The translations under genes and the position numbers were made by a program. Below are positions 48,494 through 55,207 of a DNA stretch of 64,000 bases, one piece after another. The stretch comes from a bacterium. GTDB taxonomy: Bacteria; Patescibacteriota; Patescibacteriia; UBA9934. Position 1 is the stretch's first letter. Every line of letters starts with the position of its first letter. The notes below the pieces were generated by a model. That model did no database searches, was not told where the DNA came from, and saw only the letters and a list, made by a program, of their open reading frames with translations. The stretch is from NCBI GenBank assembly GCA_027592325.1, contig JAQCKO010000001.1, forward strand, positions 20,247-84,246, in the 5' to 3' direction.

Positions 48494-48706
48494 AAGGCTC
48501 AGAAGACAGGTACCCGTCATTTCTGCAAAGCGGTGGCAGCTAGGCGGAGCCTGGTCCGGTCTGCCCGGCTTCGACGTGGCTCTGCCGGAGAATCCGACGT
48601 TTCTATTATTGCGCCCGCCTGCCCTTAACGAAAGCCCGTCTGACGCGGGCGTGGAAATCTCTCTGATTCGAATCGATCCTTCGACTCACGGCATTCGCTC
48701 AAGATG
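48494..48706 (+). ncRNA. Candidate structured small RNA (GC-rich, multiple stems), class unknown
   Basis: ~210 nt at ~60% GC between gpmI and secF. Preceded by TTGCAT-17-TATACA (48459-48487) and ended by the 48707-48735 terminator. Contains stems GCGCCCGCCTGCCC/GGGCAGG-like and GCCCGTC..GACGCGGGC. Confidence 0.3.
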
Positions 48707-48735
48707 AAAAAAACGCACTGAGTGCGTTTTTTTTA
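48707..48735. terminator. Bidirectional intrinsic terminator (AAAAAAACGCAC-TGAG-TGCGTTTTTTTT)
   Basis: A-run / hairpin / T-run. Terminates secF on the minus strand and any plus-strand transcript from the left. Confidence 0.7.
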
Positions 48736-48759
48736 CGTTCTGATTGTACAAACGATGTT

Positions 48760-49662
48760 CTACTCTTTCCCTTTCGATCCCATTTTCTCCCACAAAACAA
48801 GCAGCGGAGATGCAACAAAAATCGATGAATACGCTCCTGAGACAACTCCAATAATGAGCGCCAGAATGAACGGTCGCGTTGTTTCTCCACCAAAGAAGTA
48901 AATTGCTAACAAAACAAGAAGCGTTGTCAGCGAAGTATTCATCGATCGCGCAAAACTTTGCACAACACTCATATTTACCACCTCACCAAAGTTCATTTTT
49001 TTATGCCGATTCTGCGTCAGATTTTCCCGTGTACGGTCAAAAACGACAATGGTATCATTAATTGAATAGCCCAGAATCGTGAGCAACGCCGCAACAACGG
49101 CAGTATCAACCTGATATCCAAACGTCGATCCAAGTACAGCAAATACGCCAAGCGGGATCATCACATCGTGTATCGCTGCAATAATAGTAAGTAGTCCATA
49201 TTTCCAACTTGAAATTGGTTCTGATACTTTTCGGAATGCCCATGCGACATAAACGACAATAAGCGCGAGAAGCAATGCGACTGCCACAATTGAGCGCCGC
49301 TTTAGCTCGTCACCAATGACAGGCCCAACACTTTCAAACCGTAGCTCTTCAAACTCTCCGAATGACGCAGCAAATGCGGCAAGAAGCTCATCATGCTGTT
49401 CACGTGTCAGCGGTTCAGTTTTGAGCAAAAACCCTCCATCTGTCGTTTGTACCGATGCATCATATCCGGCTGATTCTGACGCAGCGCGCATCTCTTCAAG
49501 ACTGACTTCAGCAACAGGATTGACTTCAAGAAGACTTCCTCCTGTAAAGTCGATACCGAGATTAAGTCCAAAGGTCAAAATTGCGACCATCGATGCAATG
49601 ACGAGGAGTGACGATATTCCGAGCCAGATTGGTGAACGTTTGATAATTTCGAACGACTGCAT
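48760..49662 (-). CDS. secF: Protein translocase subunit SecF (start at internal Met to abut secD)
   Basis: 6 TM, ...LGIDFTGGSLLEV.... Confidence 0.85.
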   Translation of the reverse strand: MQSFEIIKRSPIWLGISSLLVIASMVAILTFGLNLGIDFTGGSLLEVNPVAEVSLEEMRAASESAGYDASVQTTDGGFLLKTEPLTREQHDELLAAFAASFGEFEELRFESVGPVIGDELKRRSIVAVALLLALIVVYVAWAFRKVSEPISSWKYGLLTIIAAIHDVMIPLGVFAVLGSTFGYQVDTAVVAALLTILGYSINDTIVVFDRTRENLTQNRHKKMNFGEVVNMSVVQSFARSMNTSLTTLLVLLAIYFFGGETTRPFILALIIGVVSGAYSSIFVASPLLVLWEKMGSKGKE

Positions 49663-49663
49663 A

Positions 49664-51685
49664 CTACTTCTTTTTCTTATCGCCATTATAGAGCCATGGC
49701 TTTTGGAACAGCTTAAATTGACTTGCGAATTTGAGGAATACACGCGTTACAAGAACTGCCGTAAGCATAGAGATAATAATACCGAGCGCGAGTGTGAGGG
49801 CAAATCCCTTCACAAAGCTGGTACTCATAGCGAACAGAATAATCGCCGCAATGAGCGTGGTTGCATTTCCATCACGAATGGATGTCCAGGCCCGTTTGAA
49901 TCCTTCGTTGATTGCAGAAGGAAGATCACGCCCACTGCGAAGCTCTTCTTTCAATCGCTCAAAGATAAGCACATTCGCATCAACGGCCATTCCGATCGAA
50001 AGGATGAATCCAGCGATTGACGCAAGGCTCAGAGTCACGCCAAGCCATTTGTAGAGGGCGAGGTTCGTCACGGTGTACACGCCAAGCGCCAGCACAGCAA
50101 TGACTCCAGCAAGGCGATAATAGAGAATCATGAAGGCAGTGACCAAAATGAGCCCAGCGATTGCGGCTTGAATACTCCGATCAAGTGAAACCTGCCCAAG
50201 GGTTGGTCCAACGGTTCGTTGAGAAAGCAGATCGATCGGCACCGGAAGTGCCCCTGCATTTAGGCGCTGCGCAAGAAGTTTTGCTTCATCGAGGGTAAAT
50301 CCACCAGTAATTGTTGCCTCACCTCCGTAAATCGCTTGCTGAACAATAGGGGTCGAAATCGCCTCTCCATCAAGGAAGATTCCTATAACCTCTCCAATAT
50401 TCGCTTCGGTGATTTGGCCAAACAGCTCTCCCCCAACCGCGTCAAAATCTAAAACGACGAATGGTGTTCCAGTGAATTGATCGAAGGCTACTGAAGCACC
50501 TCGGACATTCCCTCCAGAAAGTTCGGTATTCTCCCAAGGATCAATGCTGAGTACATCTCCGGCCGTTGTCCATGGCATTTCAATATGCGCAATTTCATAT
50601 GCCGTTTTTGAACGAGTATCCTCTCGGAATATGAGATGATATCCGAATTGCGTTTCAACAAGCTCAGAAATCTCTCCGTCAGAAAGATCATCAAAAAGCG
50701 CATTTTCAAATGGTTCGACCATCATGCCACGAGTCACCCAGTCAAGGCTTCCGCCGACTGTTGCCGACGCTGTGTCATCACTTTGCTCTTCAGCCACCTC
50801 TGCAAAATTCTCTTTCGTCAAATTGGAAAGCAGTTCTTGCGCGAGCAGCTGTGCCTCTATTTTTGTTCGATCATTTGTACATCCCTCTGAATCTTGGTGA
50901 CAAAGCAAAATATGTGACCCAAGCACCTCTTCGCGTGCTTCAGATCGGAGGTAATTTACAATGTGAATTGATGACGTTCCTTCATATAATCCATCAACGA
51001 CACCTGGCTGCAGGCGACGATTCGAAGCGAATTCATCAGCGAGTCCATCAAAAATCGGATGCGTATCATCAATGAATCCAATATATCCACCTAATTGAGC
51101 GGTGGTGATATCAACCGAAAGTTCCCCTGCAATGACAGAAAAATCTTCTCCAGCAAATGCACGGTCAAGAACGGCAAGGGCATCTTCGCGCTCAATAGTA
51201 TTTGCGGAATCAATCTCTGCTTGCTGTTCGTCAGTGACTTCAAGGTCAACCTCTTCAAGAGGTGTTTTGAACTCCAGAATAGGCGTTTCCCCAATTTCCT
51301 GAATGGCATCGCTAATATCGAAGACTCCGGCAAGCTCAACAATGACACGATAGTGATCGCCCTGAATATTCGTTTGTACGACAGGTTCCGAAACACCATA
51401 TGCGTTCACACGGCGCTCGATCACATCGCGAACGCCCTCCAGTGCATTTGCGCGATCTGACTCCGGAATAGTCGTCATATCAGCCTCGTACACCAAATGC
51501 GCTCCGCCTTGAAGGTCGAGACCTAGCCGAAATGGTTCGTCGTTGAGCGGAAGTGCGCTACCCAAAACCTGATTCCAAGGTCCAGGAAAAGCGACGGAGA
51601 GAAAGAAAAAAGACAACAATAGAACACCTACGACACTCGCCGTCAGTTTTCGCATCAATTTCGATCGTTTCGTTGATTTTGCCAT
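49664..51685 (-). CDS. secD: Protein translocase subunit SecD with an inserted parvulin-type (PpiC) domain in the periplasmic region
   Basis: 673 aa. SecD TM bundle at the C-terminus. The internal segment GGSLDWVTRGMMVEPFENALFDLSDGEISELVETQFGYHLIF matches the parvulin PPIase signature. Confidence 0.85.
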   Translation of the reverse strand: MAKSTKRSKLMRKLTASVVGVLLLSFFFLSVAFPGPWNQVLGSALPLNDEPFRLGLDLQGGAHLVYEADMTTIPESDRANALEGVRDVIERRVNAYGVSEPVVQTNIQGDHYRVIVELAGVFDISDAIQEIGETPILEFKTPLEEVDLEVTDEQQAEIDSANTIEREDALAVLDRAFAGEDFSVIAGELSVDITTAQLGGYIGFIDDTHPIFDGLADEFASNRRLQPGVVDGLYEGTSSIHIVNYLRSEAREEVLGSHILLCHQDSEGCTNDRTKIEAQLLAQELLSNLTKENFAEVAEEQSDDTASATVGGSLDWVTRGMMVEPFENALFDDLSDGEISELVETQFGYHLIFREDTRSKTAYEIAHIEMPWTTAGDVLSIDPWENTELSGGNVRGASVAFDQFTGTPFVVLDFDAVGGELFGQITEANIGEVIGIFLDGEAISTPIVQQAIYGGEATITGGFTLDEAKLLAQRLNAGALPVPIDLLSQRTVGPTLGQVSLDRSIQAAIAGLILVTAFMILYYRLAGVIAVLALGVYTVTNLALYKWLGVTLSLASIAGFILSIGMAVDANVLIFERLKEELRSGRDLPSAINEGFKRAWTSIRDGNATTLIAAIILFAMSTSFVKGFALTLALGIIISMLTAVLVTRVFLKFASQFKLFQKPWLYNGDKKKK

Positions 51686-51814
51686 AAATTTTGCTGCCGA
51701 AACCTTACGCGATTCATTCTAAAAAGTAAAGATTCCGTGGTGGATAGGTTGTTTGCAGGGTGAAATAGAATGGAGACCGGAAAAGAGTCCGATAGATCCC
51801 CCATTGGGCCGCAG

Positions 51815-52165
51815 CTAATCCCGTTTAAACTTCACACTAAACTGCGGTACCCAGCGATTATCATATTCGTCAACAATTTCTACATTTTCATTTTCCATAA
51901 ATTTATTCATCACCAAATCAGAAAGCAACTCCTTGTCTGTTTCAATTTCTAGCTTCAAATCAGACATCTGTGCTGCCTCACCGCTATTCGCTGATTCAAC
52001 CTCGTTCTGAATACCTTTTCGTTCTTCACGAAGTGCTTTCGTTTCTTCTTGAATTTCTTTATACCGAGCGGAATGTTCTAGCTCGTCGGTCATCATTTTA
52101 CGAATGTCACGTAGCTTCTTTTTATTCGTCTCCATTCGTTTGTAAACTTCTTCAATTGAAGGCAT
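51815..52165 (-). CDS. Hypothetical coiled-coil protein
   Basis: 116 aa, charged heptad-like sequence. Confidence 0.45.
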   Translation of the reverse strand: MPSIEEVYKRMETNKKKLRDIRKMMTDELEHSARYKEIQEETKALREERKGIQNEVESANSGEAAQMSDLKLEIETDKELLSDLVMNKFMENENVEIVDEYDNRWVPQFSVKFKRD

Positions 52166-52318
52166 ATCACAGTAATGTTAGGGGTTAGCAGTGCTCCTAT
52201 GCTGACGGAAGCGATTATAGCAGATTGGATGATTGCTCGTGGCCAATAACAAGTAGCGAGTGGCTCAAGCAAGTCCTCCAACCTACACCTCTAACTTTAT
52301 ACCTGTCGTCCTGCAACC

Positions 52319-52347
52319 TTTACAATTCCCTATTTTCCTGCTATATT
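52319..52347 (+). promoter_or_regulatory. Promoter TTTACA-17-TATATT ending 10 nt before the trhO ATG (leaderless-type)
   Basis: Positions 52319-52324 and 52342-52347; ATG at 52358. Confidence 0.45.
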
Positions 52348-52357
52348 TTGCCGTAAT

Positions 52358-53356
52358 ATGGCGCAACTTCGAAACAAACTATCAAAGGAAGATTGCCTTA
52401 AAAAACTCGCTGCGGAAGATTTTCGTCGCGTGTCTATTTCGTTTTATCGGTATGTGCGCATAGAAGACCCCCAATCCTTCCGAGACATCCTTTGGACCGA
52501 ATGGAATGATCTTGGAATTTTTGGACGTATTTATGTTTCAAAGGAAGGGATCAATGCCCAATTTTCTGTTCCAGAACACAATGTTGAGCGACTTCGAGCC
52601 GCGGTAGATGCACGTCCCGAGCTAAACGCCGTTCCGTTCAAAATTGGTGTAGAAGAAAATGGTGTGAGTTTTTGGAAACTCACTATTAAGGTGCGTGAGC
52701 ATATTCTTGCGCATGGAATTGATGATCTCGACATGACCACGGCGGAAGTCGGCGAACATCTTCCAGCAGAATCGTACAATGCCTTCATTGAAAATGGAGC
52801 CACCGTAGTTGATATGCGCAATAAGTATGAGAGTGACATTGGGCATTTTGAAGGAGCAGTACGGCCAAAGGCGCAAACATTCCGTGAAGAACTTCCAGAG
52901 GTTTTGGATGCGCTTAAAGGAAAAGAAGAAGAACCCGTTCTTTTGTACTGCACTGGGGGCATTCGCTGCGAGCCAACGAGCGCGTATTTGAAGCAACATG
53001 GATTCAAAGAAGTATATCAGCTAAATGGCGGGATTATTCAATATTCACACGAGGTGAAAGAAAAAGGCCTCGATTCCAAATATATTGGAAAGAATTTCGT
53101 TTTTGATGGTCGGCGTGACGAAACAATTACCGGCGATGTTCTCGGTACTTGCGCGATTTGTCATGCACCGAGCGATGAGTATATTGACTGCGCCAATATT
53201 GCCTGTCATGTGATGTTTATTGAATGCGGAGCTTGTCAAGAAACGCTTGAACAATGCTGTAGCGACGAATGCAAACGTGTGAACAACCTTCCTGCAGCAG
53301 AACAAAAAGCCCTCCGCCGAGGAAAAAAGGCGAAGTTTGTTTATAGTAGAACGTAG
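52358..53356 (+). CDS. trhO: Rhodanese-domain tRNA uridine(34) hydroxylase (YceA/TrhO, UPF0176)
   Basis: 332 aa. Rhodanese active Cys in CTGGIRCE. C-terminal Cys-rich tail. Confidence 0.8.
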   Translation: MAQLRNKLSKEDCLKKLAAEDFRRVSISFYRYVRIEDPQSFRDILWTEWNDLGIFGRIYVSKEGINAQFSVPEHNVERLRAAVDARPELNAVPFKIGVEENGVSFWKLTIKVREHILAHGIDDLDMTTAEVGEHLPAESYNAFIENGATVVDMRNKYESDIGHFEGAVRPKAQTFREELPEVLDALKGKEEEPVLLYCTGGIRCEPTSAYLKQHGFKEVYQLNGGIIQYSHEVKEKGLDSKYIGKNFVFDGRRDETITGDVLGTCAICHAPSDEYIDCANIACHVMFIECGACQETLEQCCSDECKRVNNLPAAEQKALRRGKKAKFVYSRT

Positions 53357-53358
53357 AA

Positions 53359-53386
53359 GGATTCCTGCCTTCGCAGGAATGACGAA
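53359..53386. repeat. H1 hairpin repeat copy (GGATTCCTGCCTTCGCAGGAATGACGAA)
   Basis: Perfect 9-bp stem with a TTCG loop, between convergent genes. Confidence 0.65.
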
Positions 53387-53411
53387 CAGAGCGTTTTAGC
53401 CTTTATAACCT

Positions 53412-54026
53412 CTACTTCCTCCTCGCCACCAACACCCCATGATCCATATCTAAAATCTCGATGCCTTCATACTTCCCTGATGCCCGTACATAGGCATCAA
53501 ATTTCGCGACTTTGTCTGGGTAGTCGAGCATATTATCGGCAACAATAATCGATCCAGACCGAAGCAGCGGCTCGGCCAATTTCAAATAGACATGATACTG
53601 ACTTTTATTCGCATCTAGGAAGAGAAGATCGATAGGGCGGGCGATTCCTACAAGTGCTGATTCGATTTCCGCTTCAATAAGTTCTACATTCGCTGCTTCT
53701 ACCGCTTCAAAATACTCTCTTGCCTCCTTTGCCTTATACGGTTCCTTTTCAATGGTGAGAATATTTCCCCCATAACTCTCTGCCGCTTTCGCCATCCATA
53801 ATGTGGAATACCCGACAGAAGTTCCCAGCTCCACAATATGAGCGGGTTGCTGTGTTCTGATCAGTTGCGAGATCCACTCTGCGGTTTTACGTCCAATCAT
53901 CCAAAAACCAACATTATGGTCCACACCCCACTTTTTTTTATACTCGTCAGAAATTCCCGTTTCACGGAATGCTGCATCGAGTCGCTCTAAACGCGAAGTG
54001 ATTTCTTGAAAACGTTGTTCATTCAT
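53412..54026 (-). CDS. Class I SAM-dependent O-methyltransferase (family 3, caffeoyl-CoA OMT-like)
   Basis: 204 aa. IVELGTSVGYSTLW ... LLFLDANK. Confidence 0.8.
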   Translation of the reverse strand: MNEQRFQEITSRLERLDAAFRETGISDEYKKKWGVDHNVGFWMIGRKTAEWISQLIRTQQPAHIVELGTSVGYSTLWMAKAAESYGGNILTIEKEPYKAKEAREYFEAVEAANVELIEAEIESALVGIARPIDLLFLDANKSQYHVYLKLAEPLLRSGSIIVADNMLDYPDKVAKFDAYVRASGKYEGIEILDMDHGVLVARRK

Positions 54027-54045
54027 GCAAAAAAGACTACCATAC

Positions 54046-54074
54046 TTGACAAAAATTCACAGATAGTACAATGT
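54046..54074 (+). promoter_or_regulatory. Candidate promoter TTGACA ... TACAAT/CAATGT for an intergenic plus-strand transcript
   Basis: TTGACA at 54046-54051. -10-like TACAAT at 54067-54072 (15-nt spacer) or CAATGT at 54069-54074 (17-nt spacer). Confidence 0.35.
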
Positions 54075-54079
54075 TGTAT

Positions 54080-54250
54080 CTAGTACTTTAGGATCAGCAA
54101 TGATCCAATCTCGTTGCCATGGCGTGTGGGTGGGCACGCTATGCGCATGTACGGCGCAGACAATTCGGTTGGGGAGCTGATTTGTTCGCGGCATGCGGGG
54201 CGTCACCTGATTCGTTTAGCTGAACGATGATGGTGGCGCCCGCCTTTTTT
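54080..54250 (+). ncRNA. Candidate small RNA between the promoter and the first of two tandem intrinsic terminators
   Basis: A GGGGCGTCACC...GGTGGCGCCC stem followed by T9 at ~54195-54250. The second terminator (15-bp stem CGCCTTCTGAAATGG / CCATTTCAGAAGGCG + T8) is at 54297-54385. Confidence 0.3.
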
Positions 54251-54296
54251 TTCTTGACCATTTAAACGAATCACGCTAGGCTCACAGTAAGTACAC

Positions 54297-54385
54297 TCAC
54301 GCCTTCTGAAATGGTTCCCGTAGGTTTTTCGTCTTCTCCATCGTGCCTTCGCAAAGAGCCATTTCAGAAGGCGTCTTTTTTTTCA
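54297..54385 (+). terminator. Strong intrinsic terminator (15-bp perfect stem, long loop, T8)
   Basis: Overlaps the 3' end of the minus-strand DUF1653 gene. Confidence 0.55.
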
Positions 54386-54594
54386 ACAGTTTTTTTAAAC
54401 CTCGGACGGCCATTCACTTTCTCAAGAAACATCGTTTTTGGCCTCGCCCAGAAGCGACCATCTTGGCCTCGGTAGATGACCAGCATCTCCCTCGTTTCTG
54501 TTTGCTCGGCCTCAAAAAGGACTTCGTAAATTCCACCTTTATAGTGCTTGTACGTGCCAGGTTCGATCATACTTGACAAGTATAGCCGAGACAA
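54364..54594 (-). CDS. DUF1653-domain protein
   Basis: 76 aa. YKHYKGGIYEV core typical of DUF1653. Confidence 0.65.
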   Translation of the reverse strand: MSRLYLSSMIEPGTYKHYKGGIYEVLFEAEQTETREMLVIYRGQDGRFWARPKTMFLEKVNGRPRFKKTVEKKDAF

Positions 54595-54616
54595 CTAACG
54601 TATTGCCACTTCGTTT

Positions 54617-54686
54617 CAGAGCCGAAGCTGAGTGGTCAGCGCCGACATGGCAGTCGGAGGTCGCAGGTTCGAATCCTGCCGGCTCT
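54617..54686 (+). tRNA. tRNA-like gene with canonical acceptor, D and T arms (GGTTCGAATCC) but a 6-nt anticodon loop (ATGGCA); identity undetermined, possibly GGC-like
   Basis: AGAGCCG/CGGCTCT acceptor, GCTG-AGTGGT-CAGC D-arm, GCAGG-TTCGAAT-CCTGC T-arm. The only consistent anticodon stem (CCGAC/GTCGG) leaves a 6-nt loop. No encoded CCA. Confidence 0.55.
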
Positions 54687-54688
54687 AT

Positions 54689-54760
54689 TGCATCTGTAGC
54701 TCAACTTGCTAGAGCAGCGAACATGGTTCGAAGGTCAACGGTTCAAACCCGGTCAGATGC
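54689..54760 (+). tRNA. tRNA-like gene / possible tRNA pseudogene: D-loop lacks GG, and the anticodon arm is 2 nt short (CGAA-CATGG-TTCG)
   Basis: GCATCTG/CAGATGC acceptor, GCTC-AACTTGCTA-GAGC D-arm, AACGG-TTCAAAC-CCGGT T-arm (one mismatch). 2 nt after the previous tRNA. Confidence 0.4.
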
Positions 54761-54774
54761 ATTCTTCCGCGCAT

Positions 54775-54797
54775 GCGCGTTTTCTTCGTCCGTCATT
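54775..54797 (+). terminator. Short palindromic hairpin CGCGCATGCGCG + TTTTCTTCG after the tRNA pair
   Basis: Likely a tRNA transcript terminator. Confidence 0.4.
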
Positions 54798-55097
54798 TCG
54801 AAAGATTTGGCGGGCGTTTTCCTTTACAAAATCTGCAAATTTTGGCAAACTTTTCATTGCCGGCAGGCTAGGGAGAAGAACATCTGAAGCGCACTCCTCC
54901 CTCCACGTGACGGACCACGGCACCGGCCCTTACGACTCACCTCTCCCTGAGGTGGGTCGTCTTCTTTTTTTAAGTGTCGCTTTGCCCGACTTCTTGCCAC
55001 ATGTAATCGCTCAGTGAATCCGCCCTGCATGTCAACATCTGGCCCAAGCGATTGACCTTCGCTCTCAGCTCGGTGGCACAAGAATGTTTTGCATACA

Positions 55098-55128
55098 AAA
55101 AACACTCCGTTCTTGGAGTGCTTTTTCG
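55098..55128. terminator. Bidirectional terminator AAAAAACACTCC-GTTCTT-GGAGTGCTTTTT downstream of secA
   Basis: A-run / hairpin / T-run. Confidence 0.65.
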
Positions 55129-55207
55129 TATTCCCTGACCCGTCCCACTTCGTGCTTCTATACGCTCAGGATTTCGAGGGACACCGTTTTCTCATTCCCC
55201 ATGCCGG

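Noticed and set aside
48494-48706. Possibility that the GC-rich spacer RNA is SRP RNA (4.5S), RNase P RNA or tmRNA
   Set aside because: I could not find the SRP domain-IV consensus (AGGUCAGG…CCGGAAGGAAGCAGCC), the RNase P P4 motifs (AGGAAAGUCCGGGCU / ACAGAAACCGGCUUA), or a tmRNA tag ORF with a 3' tRNA-like end. The class is left open pending a covariance-model search.
54140-54170. GGGGAGCTGATTTGTTCGCGGC resembling the tmRNA 5' end (GGGGCUGAUUCUGGAUUCGAC)
   Set aside because: No matching 3' T-arm/CCA partner ~350 nt downstream (that region is a protein gene), and no tag-peptide ORF. The similarity is probably fortuitous.
54573-55017. Plus-strand ORFs (104 and 103 aa) running across the tRNA-like genes and terminators
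   Set aside because: They overlap the tRNA structures and an intergenic region with terminators. No RBS and no domain signal.
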